A DNA stretch of 64,000 nucleotides from Nanobdellota archaeon (GCA_038045705.1 JBBSXO010000002.1:25557-89556); one strand, 5' to 3'; shown: positions 30,950-40,956, counted from the stretch's first letter. The notes: generated by a model from the letters alone, not told the origin. Program-made: numbers and translations.

Positions 30950-32032
30950 TTATGTTTTCTCTGTAGAAAGCTTAGTTTTAACGAATTCAATAATATTTTT
31001 CTTAAATCTATCCAAATCTTTCTTCATAAAACTACCACCAGATGCATTAGGATGTCCAGCACCCATTGCATTTTCAAGTCCTTTAACTCCATATCCAAGC
31101 ATTTCATTCATAAAGTAGATAAGTTTATCAGCATTATTACGAACAGAGACTTTTAGCCTATCAGTTCCATTAATTTCAGAAAAAGTAATTATTGTAGAAC
31201 CCCTATGTCTGACAGAGAGTATTGTAGACATTTTTGAACCCATAGAAAATCGAGATTTAAATAAATAAAAATACAAATGATTATCAAAATGTCTTTCAGC
31301 ATTTTTCTCAAAATCTTGTAAACACCTCTCCATTTCAGAAGAAACTTCAGAATGAATATTGTCAATAACCTCAAAATCTTTCTTTAGTAAAATATCGTAA
31401 GCTTTTAAAGAATCTTTTGAATAATAAATCACTAAAGAACTTGTCTTATTTACAACATTAAATATTTCTGAATTCTCAACATTCTTTGCATCAAAATCAG
31501 GGTAATGTTTCTGTATAAATTTCAAGTTCTCATCACCCTTATAAGAAAACTCTGAAATAGCAGTAACACAAGCTAACCAAGTCCATTTACTATAATCTAT
31601 TATTCCTTCGCCAAATCTATAAATAACTAGCCCAGTACAATCATGACCATCTGTTTTAATCACATTCTCATCCATTATTAATTTAAGATTAACAGGGTGA
31701 TGATCTATAAAACAAACATTAAAATTTTTTCTAAATTTTTCAAATTCATCTATCATCTCCATATCAACATTCAAATCAAGAACAAAAACCCTCTTTATTT
31801 CAATTTTGTTAAATCTTTCAGCAAGTTTGTCAAGAGCCCCAGTGGTATAAGAGATAAAATTAATATCTGCTTTAATTATGGGATACTTCTTTTTCAATAT
31901 CTCAACCATAAAAATAGCAGAAGTCATACCATCAAGACAATTAGCATGTGAAACTATTCCAACCATTTCTTCATCTTTCAAGCTATCTAAGAAATTAAAG
32001 AAATTTCTTTTATGTTTTTCAAAATCCTGCAT
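30950..32032 (-). CDS. DHH/DHHA1 phosphoesterase
   Basis: H..CLDG, FIDHHP, GAGHPNASG. Confidence 0.85.
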   Translation of the reverse strand: MQDFEKHKRNFFNFLDSLKDEEMVGIVSHANCLDGMTSAIFMVEILKKKYPIIKADINFISYTTGALDKLAERFNKIEIKRVFVLDLNVDMEMIDEFEKFRKNFNVCFIDHHPVNLKLIMDENVIKTDGHDCTGLVIYRFGEGIIDYSKWTWLACVTAISEFSYKGDENLKFIQKHYPDFDAKNVENSEIFNVVNKTSSLVIYYSKDSLKAYDILLKKDFEVIDNIHSEVSSEMERCLQDFEKNAERHFDNHLYFYLFKSRFSMGSKMSTILSVRHRGSTIITFSEINGTDRLKVSVRNNADKLIYFMNEMLGYGVKGLENAMGAGHPNASGGSFMKKDLDRFKKNIIEFVKTKLSTEKT

Positions 32033-32097
32033 TAATCAAAACAATAAAAGCTATATAAAATCCTTTCTAAAATGAAACACCTTTGAGTTCCTCATAA

Positions 32098-32667
32098 TTA
32101 TTGAGAAACAGGAGTAGGAGAATGAGCCTTATCTTCAACTTTATCAAACAAAACACGAGTTCTACAAGGCAACTTTGCCTTAGCCATAGAAATTATTTCT
32201 CGAGCTACCTTAACGGTAGATTCAGAATCACAAGCAACCATAAATAATTCCTGACCTCCCAAAACACGAGCAGCTCTGCCCTCAATAATACCAAATGACT
32301 GTTTCATACCAGTAGATAAACGGTCTGCTCCAGCCCCAGCAGCTGCTTTATTATTTCTCAAAATGTGATGTGGGTGTATCTTAACCCAAAGATAAAATTT
32401 ACCAGCTAATCTTGTCTCAAGATTCTTAGTCAAAACCATTCTTCCAGCTTCAATTGCTAAATCTTTAATAACAATCATCTCATCTGAAATAAGTCTTAAA
32501 ATAAAAGGTAACTTTCCTTCAACAAAAGCCTTCTGATTCCCAATATTATATTTAACAACTTTATTTGGAGGAACAACTTTAATGTAAGACTTTGATTTTG
32601 CTTTAGAAACACGAGTATAAGGTCTATTGTGTTTTTTAGAATATGAAAGGGATTTACGAACAGCCAT
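32098..32667 (-). CDS. rpl10e: 50S ribosomal protein uL16 (L10e)
   Basis: HPHHILRNNK..AGAGADRLSTGMKQSFG, KLPC. Confidence 0.95.
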   Translation of the reverse strand: MAVRKSLSYSKKHNRPYTRVSKAKSKSYIKVVPPNKVVKYNIGNQKAFVEGKLPFILRLISDEMIVIKDLAIEAGRMVLTKNLETRLAGKFYLWVKIHPHHILRNNKAAAGAGADRLSTGMKQSFGIIEGRAARVLGGQELFMVACDSESTVKVAREIISMAKAKLPCRTRVLFDKVEDKAHSPTPVSQ

Positions 32668-32750
32668 GTTAAATTTTATCCTCGAAAATGAAATTCAATT
32701 CACTGTTATATTGTGAGTGAAGGCGAGCAGTGTGAGTTAAATAAATCATT

Positions 32751-33005
32751 TTATTTTACTTCCACATCTGTTGTTACAGCTTGTCCAGGCAATCCAGTTT
32801 CAAAAATAGCTCTAACAAGACCTTTATTTCCATGAGCATCACTTATCTTTCCATGAATTGCTTTTCCAGCTGTACTCTTCCAAATAACCTGTTTTCCAAC
32901 AAGTTTTTTAGCATCATCACGAGAATTAAACCCTAAGTCTAGTAAGTAGTGTCTTTCATGAATCCTGTGTCTGCTTCTTCTAAACTGCACTATAATTCCT
33001 TTCAT
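32751..33005 (-). CDS. rpl35ae: 50S ribosomal protein eL33 (L35Ae)
   Basis: GKI...HGNKGLVRAIFETGLPGQA. Confidence 0.92.
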   Translation of the reverse strand: MKGIIVQFRRSRHRIHERHYLLDLGFNSRDDAKKLVGKQVIWKSTAGKAIHGKISDAHGNKGLVRAIFETGLPGQAVTTDVEVK

Positions 33006-33052
33006 CTTTTTACGATAGAAAATAGGGTTTTTAAAGCTTGCTTGTAAGAGCC

Positions 33053-33355
33053 CTAACGTTGATATTTTCTTTTATCAAATACATTGGATGCAATTTCTTC
33101 TCCAAGAAAAGACCCAATATAAGGTAATGTAGGTACTCGATCTTTCCACATAGCATATGAAACACCAGTAAAACCAGCAATAGAAATCCCCCAAGAAACA
33201 GGATCTTCAAAAAAAGGACTATCTATAAAACCATTAATTGCTAAATATGAAAGACTCTTTATTAAAAAGATAGGGACAAAAAAACCCAAAACACACCCAA
33301 TAGTTCTTCCAGCCACTGAAATAACCTTATCTTCAAGCTTAGATTCGATACCCAT
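33053..33355 (-). CDS. Orphan membrane protein
   Basis: Two TM segments. Confidence 0.5.
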   Translation of the reverse strand: MGIESKLEDKVISVAGRTIGCVLGFFVPIFLIKSLSYLAINGFIDSPFFEDPVSWGISIAGFTGVSYAMWKDRVPTLPYIGSFLGEEIASNVFDKRKYQR

Positions 33356-33465
33356 ACAAAAAAACAAGATACATTATTTTTAAAGCTTTAGATCAAATTT
33401 TTAAAAAGACATATTACTATAAAATAAGAGATTATAATCCTATGTTGTCGTGATTTTGCAACAAA

Positions 33466-35271
33466 TCACAGTAAAATCTCAAAATCTCCAAGTTCTTTAC
33501 TTAAGGCAGAAAGTACAGAAGAAGAAATTTTAACCTGAGTTTTATCATTCTTATGAGTTACTAAGGCTTTCTCCAAAGCAATACTATCGCTCAACTTGAA
33601 AGAATTACCGACTATCTGCATCACACGACCAGATTCAATAAAGAAATTTCCAGAACCAGTCAAAACAAGTTCTCCTTTTTTATCTCCAAAGACAACTTCA
33701 ACAACTTCTTTTTCCTCAAGAAGCAAATCAGCTCTCTGTGTATAATCAAGCAATTCTTTAATCAATTCAATTGCATCTCTACGAAGAGCACCCATTTCCA
33801 AAGAAGTAATTTTTCCAGATTTAACCCTAGATTTCATAGCAACAATTTCTTTCAAAGGCTTGGCAAATCTAGGTTGCAATTTACCCTTGGCAATCAGTTC
33901 ATTATTTACATCCTTAACAAGAGCATCAACACTCTTATCACCAAATATTTTCTTAAGTAAATCAAAAACCTCTTTATAGCTACGATCAGCATCATGAACA
34001 ATCAATCTAGCTTCTAGTTTTTTCCTTATTTCTTGAAGTTTCTTATCATATTTTTTAGACTCTTCAAGTAGCTCATCAACTTCTTTTCCAGGAATAGTTT
34101 TCAAAGTTCCATGTTCATAATCTTTATACAATTTAATAACTCTTTCAAGGAACTTCAATTCATTTACAGACATTATTTTTTCCGTATCGACTAAAACTTT
34201 CTTAACATCTGCAACCATATGTTTTGGAGCAGGAGGAGCATGACCTGCAAGCATCACAAGAGCTTGCGTAGGAGTTACGACTCCCCAATAAATATCAACC
34301 ATCGCATCAATTAATCTTCTAGTGACAAGAGACTCATTTTGCTCTCCATATTTCATAAATTTATCGACCGCCTCAGGAGATGGCTTAACTTTACCCATCT
34401 GGAGTAATAATTTCCAAGGCAAGAATGTACCCCTGTCATACATTGGTACACCATCACGAATAAAGGTAAACATTACAGGATTTGCATCTTTAACATTATC
34501 CCAGAAATCAGTCAACAAATAGACTTGAACATTTAAAACATTTTTAGTTCCAGATAAAGCAGTTGCTTCACGAATATAATCATGAATCATTCCCCTAAGT
34601 TTTTCAAGCAACTGTAACCGAGGCATTCTTTTTACATCAGTATCATCAATAATAACAAAAGTATCTACATCACTTGTTTTATCAGCAGTACCTCTAACAA
34701 GACTCCCACCAACAACATAACTAGCAACATATTTTTCAAACTTACGTAAAACCAAAGTCTTATGGATATTAGCAAGTCTCATTGAACCAAGCAAACCTTT
34801 ATCATGCAATGGGAAACTGGAAGCAATAGCATCAACAAATTCAAATTTGCTATCTAAACCATAATTCCACAAATCAACTTCAGTTTTTATGTGAACCCAT
34901 AACTCTTGTTTTGATTCCTTAACCAACTTCAAAATCTCAGGTTTAATCTTCTTAGGAATATTCTTAAATTCATCTTCGGGAATAAGCATAACCATGTGAA
35001 TAGGCTTTTTAGCAATTTCTTCAGGAAGCAAACCTTCATCTTCTTCAAACAACTTGAAAGCAGGCGCAGGCAAGATACTCAAAAAAGTAGTAAATGGAAA
35101 CTTCTTAACTAATTTTTTCTTAAAATCCTCAAAACTTTCCTTGAGTTTCTCATTCTTAGCTAAATTCTCATCAGAAATTTGAGGCATAGAACCAGGAATA
35201 TTCCCAGGTGGAACATAAGTATTAGTAGAAGACATAGCATCACTCAGGCCATGAGATTTCTTTTCCTGCAT
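33466..35271 (-). CDS. Multidomain nucleotidyltransferase (degenerate NT + NT + HEPN-like)
   Basis: VVGGSLVRG...SDVDTFVIIDD; paralogous to 26465..27304. Confidence 0.8.
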   Translation of the reverse strand: MQEKKSHGLSDAMSSTNTYVPPGNIPGSMPQISDENLAKNEKLKESFEDFKKKLVKKFPFTTFLSILPAPAFKLFEEDEGLLPEEIAKKPIHMVMLIPEDEFKNIPKKIKPEILKLVKESKQELWVHIKTEVDLWNYGLDSKFEFVDAIASSFPLHDKGLLGSMRLANIHKTLVLRKFEKYVASYVVGGSLVRGTADKTSDVDTFVIIDDTDVKRMPRLQLLEKLRGMIHDYIREATALSGTKNVLNVQVYLLTDFWDNVKDANPVMFTFIRDGVPMYDRGTFLPWKLLLQMGKVKPSPEAVDKFMKYGEQNESLVTRRLIDAMVDIYWGVVTPTQALVMLAGHAPPAPKHMVADVKKVLVDTEKIMSVNELKFLERVIKLYKDYEHGTLKTIPGKEVDELLEESKKYDKKLQEIRKKLEARLIVHDADRSYKEVFDLLKKIFGDKSVDALVKDVNNELIAKGKLQPRFAKPLKEIVAMKSRVKSGKITSLEMGALRRDAIELIKELLDYTQRADLLLEEKEVVEVVFGDKKGELVLTGSGNFFIESGRVMQIVGNSFKLSDSIALEKALVTHKNDKTQVKISSSVLSALSKELGDFEILL

Positions 35272-35356
35272 ATCAACAAAAAGCATTAATGCTATTTAAG
35301 GCTTACCAAAAGCGTTAATAAAGCTTAATCTCTTTAATAAAAAGGAAAAAGAAAAG

Positions 35357-35899
35357 ATGCCACAAGCAGTTACACACGTTTTAATACCTATAATTTTATT
35401 ATCAATATTTAGACACATCTATCAAAAAAGAACTAATAAAAAATTCCCATTACAATACGTCTTAATAGGAGGTCTAGCAGGAGTAATTCCAGATTTAGAT
35501 ATTCCTTTATTCTGGATAATGCATTACTTCGGCTACAGCCTAGAACAAATCCATCGAACTTTTTTACACACAATTTTCATCCCGCTAATTTTTTTAGCAC
35601 TGGCATTTATATCAAAATATACAATAAAAAAGAAAATTGGCAGAAATAAACTTTCAATTCCAGTGATCTTAATTTTATTTGCATTTGGCAGCACAATACA
35701 CCTTATCCTAGACTCAACTTTGGCAGGATATATAACTCCATTATATCCATTTTCAGAAACAAAGTTTGGAACAGGTTTTCCATTCAGCATCTTACCCGAA
35801 CATCTAGCAATATTTTTCTTAGCAACTTTAGATGGAGTTCTATTTATATTATGGATTTTATATCTAGAAATAAAACACAAAATATCGGATTTTATATGA
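35357..35899 (+). CDS. Membrane metal-dependent hydrolase (YdjM-like)
   Basis: TH, PDLD, HRTFLHT, HLILD, PLYPFS. Confidence 0.85.
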   Translation: MPQAVTHVLIPIILLSIFRHIYQKRTNKKFPLQYVLIGGLAGVIPDLDIPLFWIMHYFGYSLEQIHRTFLHTIFIPLIFLALAFISKYTIKKKIGRNKLSIPVILILFAFGSTIHLILDSTLAGYITPLYPFSETKFGTGFPFSILPEHLAIFFLATLDGVLFILWILYLEIKHKISDFI

Positions 35900-36315
35900 A
35901 TATATTATTTCTATGCAAAGCAAATATGTTCAGAAGCCAAATGGCAGAAGCATGGTGCAACCTTCTGTCTAAAAACAAAGTAAAAAGTGCAGCATTAATA
36001 GCACATGAAGGGAAATTATCTTGGTTAGTTATAGATTCTAGTAAAGAATTTGGATTAGATCTATCAAATCATATATCTAAAGACGTAACCAAATCAATGA
36101 TTCAAAAAGCAGATCTTATCATAATTATGAACAAAAATTTACGTGAACATTTTGAGAAATATAAAAAGTTGCTAAAGAAAAATGCTTTAGTTGAAATGTG
36201 GGAAATTCAAGATATAGTAGCAAAAGATACAGACAATGATATTTATCCTGAATTTGTTAAAACTTGTAAAATTATAGGGGAAAAAGTAAAATCTTTAGTT
36301 AAAAGATATGGATGA
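35896..36315 (+). CDS. Low-molecular-weight phosphatase / arsenate reductase family
   Basis: ILFLCKANMFRSQMAEA (CX5R), ADLIIIM, WEIQD. Confidence 0.85.
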   Translation: MNILFLCKANMFRSQMAEAWCNLLSKNKVKSAALIAHEGKLSWLVIDSSKEFGLDLSNHISKDVTKSMIQKADLIIIMNKNLREHFEKYKKLLKKNALVEMWEIQDIVAKDTDNDIYPEFVKTCKIIGEKVKSLVKRYG

Positions 36316-36447
36316 AGAAATAGACTCTAATTATGTTTGTGAAGCTCGTGGTTATCAATCACTAAATTCTTCTATTGCTTTTATACTATCCAAAATTACT
36401 TGGTGTAAATAATATTGTCTTAAAGGTTAAATTCTTTGTTATATGAA

Positions 36448-36714
36448 TTACATTGCTCTCAATTTATCTTTGTATTCATGAAAAGAAATTTCAGCTGGTC
36501 TTATATCTAGTACTTCTTTAAGTCTTGAAGCAATACACCCAAGCTGAGAACCTGCTTCAAAAGGACCCTCTACAAGCCCTAATCTAACAGCTTCTTTTAA
36601 ATCTTGAAAACTCTTTCCTTCTTTGTAACCTGCAACCTTCTCTAGACTGTTTGCATCTATTCCTTCAAAAAAAATCCTCTCGACAAGAGCAACGTAATAT
36701 CGATGATTCTCCAT
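36448..36714 (-). CDS. Orphan hypothetical protein
   Basis: Short ORF. Confidence 0.45.
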   Translation of the reverse strand: MENHRYYVALVERIFFEGIDANSLEKVAGYKEGKSFQDLKEAVRLGLVEGPFEAGSQLGCIASRLKEVLDIRPAEISFHEYKDKLRAM

Positions 36715-36775
36715 TGATGTTTATTTAATTAATATGTTTTTAATAATTTGTGTAATCTGACTGTATATTACTATA

Positions 36776-36814
36776 TGGCCCGTGGAAGAATCGGACTTCC
36801 GCCTTCTCGGTGTA
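36776..36814 (-). pseudogene. Isolated tRNA(Val-like) 3' half, att-like remnant
   Basis: Minus strand TACAC-CGAGA-AGGC-GGAAG-TCCGATT-CTTCC-ACGGGCC-A: anticodon 3' arm, T arm and acceptor 3' strand, no 5' half. Confidence 0.65.
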
Positions 36815-36832
36815 TAAATGCTCTTCTTATAA

Positions 36833-36933
36833 TGGCCCCACGCAGACTCGAACTGCGAATTACTCGGCTTTTAGTGTCTTCATTTCTTCCAACAGATGTA
36901 AACGAGTCGTTTGAACCCTTAGACTATGGGGCC
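36833..36933 (-). tRNA. tRNA-Val(TAC) with 29-nt intron at 37/38 (36868..36896)
   Basis: GGCCCCA/TGGGGCC acceptor stem, ACTCG-TTTACAC-CGAGT anticodon arm after splicing, CGCAG-TTCGAGT-CTGCG T arm; TTTA/TAAA central BHB helix; D-stem imperfect. Confidence 0.88.
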
Positions 36934-36937
36934 ATAC

Positions 36938-37885
36938 TTACGATTTTATTTTACTTATTATAAACGTTTCTACCTGTTCTTTTTTTGGTACTTTTCCAGT
37001 TCTTAGAAACTCTTTATATTTGTAATTATTCTTAAAATTTGAGAATCCTATTTTATCATAAAAATCTTTTACTTTCTCTTTTGTATAAATCATAATTCCT
37101 TTGTTGTATACTCCATGCTTTATTTCTAACATCTTTAACCCTTGACTTACAGAATCTATTAAAGACTTTATTGTAATGGATAAATGAATCATTATTTTTG
37201 AATTTGGGTGTGAAGATAAACTTCCATCTGTATCCATTAATCCCCTTATACAAGACGCCACGGCTTCTTTATTAGCCATAATATAACCAGGAATTACTGG
37301 ATTTGAGCCATATTTTACTCCTATTGGAAATCCGCATTTGTTTAGATATTCTGCTACTTTCTTACTATAAATTAAGCACCTTATCACCCTTTCTCTTTTA
37401 TTAGTATAAATTTTTGGATAAAATCCAAAGAGATTATTAATTAGATTATTCAAAAAATTGTTATAATAAAAATAGTCCACTATTTTATCTCCTGTAATAG
37501 ATGTAGCTTTTTTATCTGAAAATATGCACCCATCTCCTAATAATACTCCATACAATTCTGCAAAATGAGGATTTTCTTTATCTGGAAAAGTTACTTCTTT
37601 TATTTGTAACTTCTGACCCCAGAAAGGTTCAGTTCTTTTAATATCTAATTTAGTAATATCAACATCTGCTAATTTTATTAATTTATTAAACTTTGATGAT
37701 GCAATTGTTCTATTAGGTATTAACCAATCATGAATTACTGCTTGCAGGTTAATTTCTAGTTTAGAGGCTAGTTGCTTCCAAGTTAGATTATTCTTTATCT
37801 TAGCTGAATTAAGAATTTCTTTTAAAGATCTCTTATCTAATAGTATTCTTTCTTCTATAAACCTACCGTCAGTTGTTCTTTTCAT
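36938..37885 (-). CDS. Free-standing LAGLIDADG homing-endonuclease-like protein with N-terminal HTH
   Basis: Two motifs LYGVLLGDGCI and CIRGLMDTDGS; FYDKIGFSN; no intein splicing motifs. Confidence 0.85.
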   Translation of the reverse strand: MKRTTDGRFIEERILLDKRSLKEILNSAKIKNNLTWKQLASKLEINLQAVIHDWLIPNRTIASSKFNKLIKLADVDITKLDIKRTEPFWGQKLQIKEVTFPDKENPHFAELYGVLLGDGCIFSDKKATSITGDKIVDYFYYNNFLNNLINNLFGFYPKIYTNKRERVIRCLIYSKKVAEYLNKCGFPIGVKYGSNPVIPGYIMANKEAVASCIRGLMDTDGSLSSHPNSKIMIHLSITIKSLIDSVSQGLKMLEIKHGVYNKGIMIYTKEKVKDFYDKIGFSNFKNNYKYKEFLRTGKVPKKEQVETFIISKIKS

Positions 37886-37987
37886 TTCTTTTAATAATGC
37901 TCTTTTATTTATATTTATTCATACTACTAGACTAATATTATGATTAGAATAAAGCTTTATAAAACCTTTCTGTCCACTAACAAATAA

Positions 37988-38091
37988 GCGCGGGTAGTAT
38001 AGTGGTTAGTATACGACGTTGCCACTTTTTCCCTTTAGTAAGAAGAGAAAGCAAAGACGTTGTGGCCCGGGTTCAATTCCCGGCCCGCGCA
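37988..38091 (+). tRNA. tRNA-Gly(GCC) with 32-nt intron at 37/38 (38025..38056)
   Basis: GCGCGGG/CCCGCGC acceptor, CGACG-TTGCCAA-CGTTG anticodon arm after splicing, CCGGG-TTCAATT-CCCGG; TTGC/GCAA BHB helix. Confidence 0.93.
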
Positions 38092-38171
38092 TACCTCCAT
38101 CATGGCTCCTTTCATGTGAACTCGCCTTATTGTCCGAACCTTTCATTAAAAAAAATATAAACTCTTTTAAT

Positions 38172-38912
38172 CTAAACTTCTTTAGAAAGATTCCATAGAA
38201 AGTCAAATTGCTTTCTAAAAGTATTAAACACTTCTTCATTCTTGATTACCACCCCAAGAGGCTCTCCTGAATAGACTATTATAGCAACTTGATCCTCAAA
38301 CAGCATAATCTCAGTTACCTGAATTAATTGTCGAGGCAGTTTCTTACGTTCGCTAAGAGCTTTAGTTATTCCAACTGTATTCTTAAAATCTGCATTAAAA
38401 AGGAGATGTTCTTTTATTTTACGATTTTTTCTTAACTGATTAAAATGCGTCCAGTAGGTTTCGCCTAATATTTCTACAGAAGCGTTACTTACTCCAATTA
38501 TCCAAAACTCTTTACTGGATAACATATCTTGCAATATTTTCTTTACGCCTTGAATTCCTCTAAATAAGAATGTTTCCTGTTCAGTCTTACTAGTTGAAAG
38601 TATTGAATTGATCTCTGGGATAAGATTTGTTGCAGATTTTATTTCTTCTTCTAGATTCTTCTTTTTTGTTTCCAAAAAATCAATAATGCTTTCTGGTTTC
38701 TCGGCAATGAATTTTCTCTTTGTTCCTTCAACCACATAAGAAACAAGCCCTTTATCAATCAGTTTTTCAAGATTATCATATATTATATTTCTATGAACCC
38801 CTACAGACTTTACTAATTCGGAAGCTGTAGCTTGTCCTTTCTTAAGTAGGCCAAAATACACCTTGGCTTCATTTTTATTCAACCCTAGTTTCTCTAAATC
38901 TGCAATGTGCAT
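38172..38912 (-). CDS. TrmB-family transcriptional regulator
   Basis: LGLNKNEAKVY..LL..G...ASEL....VHR..IYD.LEKL..KGLV; FRGIQGVK. Confidence 0.88.
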   Translation of the reverse strand: MHIADLEKLGLNKNEAKVYFGLLKKGQATASELVKSVGVHRNIIYDNLEKLIDKGLVSYVVEGTKRKFIAEKPESIIDFLETKKKNLEEEIKSATNLIPEINSILSTSKTEQETFLFRGIQGVKKILQDMLSSKEFWIIGVSNASVEILGETYWTHFNQLRKNRKIKEHLLFNADFKNTVGITKALSERKKLPRQLIQVTEIMLFEDQVAIIVYSGEPLGVVIKNEEVFNTFRKQFDFLWNLSKEV

Positions 38913-39024
38913 ATCTTTAGATTAATTATTTCTATTTAAATCTATCTTATGCTGTCACAACTTATTGCAACATTCTATTAAATAGCCTTGTTTTTCAAAC
39001 TACTTTATAGGGATAATAAGAACA

Positions 39025-39519
39025 ATGGAAAACAAAGATAACTCGGAATTTGAATTTGGAGAAAGCAAACATAGATGGAATGATTGGTTTCCATTAGCTA
39101 GCGAACTTCATTCGACCTTTGTTCATTTTAAAGGCCATTCTTTGGTAGTAGGGGAAGCAAAAGATTTGATTAGAAAATGGATTTCAGAACCACGATATTC
39201 AGAAAGTAGAACACCACTTTGGAGTATAATCACAAGATCTTATTTGAGAGATTATGGAATTGACTTGCAAACAATAACAAAAGTTGATTTTGAAAATAAA
39301 CTTGGAGATTTAGTTAGAAGAGGTCTGAAGTTTGAAGTTGTTAAAAGTCTAGATGATTTAGCTGTTGAGGTAAATAGATCTACAAAAGATGCAGTAGATG
39401 GAAAAGGACCATTTGAGTGGAGAAAATATGCTGAAGCTTGTAAGATAGCAGGACACTTAATATATGGACCTAATGCAGAAGTATTTGCAGATAAGATAGT
39501 AATTCCTGAACAGTTTTAG
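39025..39519 (+). CDS. Orphan hypothetical protein
   Basis: ORF inside island. Confidence 0.55.
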   Translation: MENKDNSEFEFGESKHRWNDWFPLASELHSTFVHFKGHSLVVGEAKDLIRKWISEPRYSESRTPLWSIITRSYLRDYGIDLQTITKVDFENKLGDLVRRGLKFEVVKSLDDLAVEVNRSTKDAVDGKGPFEWRKYAEACKIAGHLIYGPNAEVFADKIVIPEQF

Positions 39520-39551
39520 TTCCCATCAGGATGCGCGAAGTGTATTGAACA

Positions 39552-39599
39552 CGGCCCGCGCATACCCCTCTTCGTATCCTTTCATGCGCACCCAATTAA
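39552..39599 (+). repeat. Copy of tRNA-Gly 3' end plus downstream motif (att-like)
   Basis: CGGCCCGCGCATACC identical to 38081..38095; TCCTTTCATG follows at near-identical spacing; 39575..39599 is 23/25 identical to the reverse complement of 48807..48831. Confidence 0.85.
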
Positions 39600-39606
39600 T
39601 CCACAG

Positions 39607-40164
39607 TTATTGCTCTGGAGAAACATAATGATTTGGGTGCACTGCTGGTAGTGTTTCAAGATGTGCTTTCTCATCTGCACTTAAACATGCGTATTGAGCA
39701 AAACGCTCGATATAACCTTCTCTTTTTGTCTCCAATGTCAAAACACTTCTGCGTAATTTAGGGTAAGGTGGATCAGTAGAAATTAATTTCGCAATAGTTC
39801 TAAAACTCACTTTAAGAGCCATAGCTAATTCTCTATTTCTTGGTCTTACCTGTTTAGCAAAATCCCTAATTGCTCCGAATACATCAAGATATTTATTTTG
39901 ATCATATTTAAAGCCAGAACGTGTAATTTTACCTCTTAAAGCCCTTTCTCTATCAATCTGGCTGGCAGGTAAAATATGCGCTTCTCCATTTTGTAAAGAA
40001 GTTAAGATCTGTTCCAAATCCCCTACTAACATATTTGCATCTCTACTTGACTTGGTACCCCTTATACGTTCCACTAAGGCTTCTGTTATTCTTTTTGGAT
40101 AAAATTCAGAAACATATCTTAGATAGTGTTCTTTTGCATGTTCCCAAGCTTGATCGTTTGCCAT
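39607..40164 (-). CDS. Orphan hypothetical protein
   Basis: 185-aa ORF. Confidence 0.55.
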   Translation of the reverse strand: MANDQAWEHAKEHYLRYVSEFYPKRITEALVERIRGTKSSRDANMLVGDLEQILTSLQNGEAHILPASQIDRERALRGKITRSGFKYDQNKYLDVFGAIRDFAKQVRPRNRELAMALKVSFRTIAKLISTDPPYPKLRRSVLTLETKREGYIERFAQYACLSADEKAHLETLPAVHPNHYVSPEQ

Positions 40165-40218
40165 AGAAAAAAGTCAAAAGAAAGGTATATAAAGATAATG
40201 TGTAACTAATAGTTACCT

Positions 40219-40956
40219 ATGATTGAACCTACTCAACTACGTGCATTAGGTATCTCAGAAAATGAAGCAGTTATACTTGCAGAGATCATACAAAATTCTT
40301 CATGTACTGCAACAGAACTCATTGAATCGACAGGGATGAACCGTAAAGTAGTCTATGATGGACTTAAGAGACTTGCACATAAAGCTCTTATTAATTCATT
40401 AAAAAGTGGCAAGGAGCGTAAATACTCTTTTGGAGGAGAACCAAGTATAAGAGCACTTATAGAAAGAGAAAAACAATCTATGGAAATAAGAGCAAAAGAA
40501 ATGCTTGCAATAACTCAGGCAATAAAAAAAATTCAAGTTGAAGAACCAGTAGAAGTAACTACCTTTAGTGGTACGCAAGGGGTGAGGGTTACCCTAAACA
40601 AGCTATTAGAATTAAACTCAGATTATGTTGCATTTGGTGGCCCATTAGAATCAGAAGCAATAATGACTGAAACTTTTTGGCTTAATTTTCAGCAAAAACA
40701 AAAAGATATGAATATTAAAATAAAATTGCTTTTCAATAATTCTCTAAAGAAATGGATTGGAAAAATAGATAACTCTAATATAAATATTAAATTTCTAAAG
40801 GAAGTCGAACCTTTAGCAGAAACAATTATATGTAAAGATCATGTATTCCTTATTATATGGACAGCAAACCCATCAGGAACAATTATAATAAATAAAGCTC
40901 TAGCAAAATCATATACTCAAATTTTTGATATGTTATGGGAACGTGCTTCAAAATAA
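40219..40956 (+). CDS. TrmB-family transcriptional regulator
   Basis: LGISENEA...TATEL...TGMNRKVVYDGLKRL; FSGTQGV. Confidence 0.85.
   Translation: MIEPTQLRALGISENEAVILAEIIQNSSCTATELIESTGMNRKVVYDGLKRLAHKALINSLKSGKERKYSFGGEPSIRALIEREKQSMEIRAKEMLAITQAIKKIQVEEPVEVTTFSGTQGVRVTLNKLLELNSDYVAFGGPLESEAIMTETFWLNFQQKQKDMNIKIKLLFNNSLKKWIGKIDNSNINIKFLKEVEPLAETIICKDHVFLIIWTANPSGTIIINKALAKSYTQIFDMLWERASK

Noticed and set aside
36748-36963. 71-aa + strand ORF
   Set aside because: Overlaps tRNA-Val and the tRNA half on the opposite strand.
36938-37885. Intein or group I intron
   Set aside because: No host gene, no Cys/Ser start or His-Asn end, and no flanking intron structure seen.
38006-38239. 77-aa - strand ORF
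   Set aside because: Antisense to tRNA-Gly (the MRGPGIEPG pattern is typical of reverse-translated tRNA).
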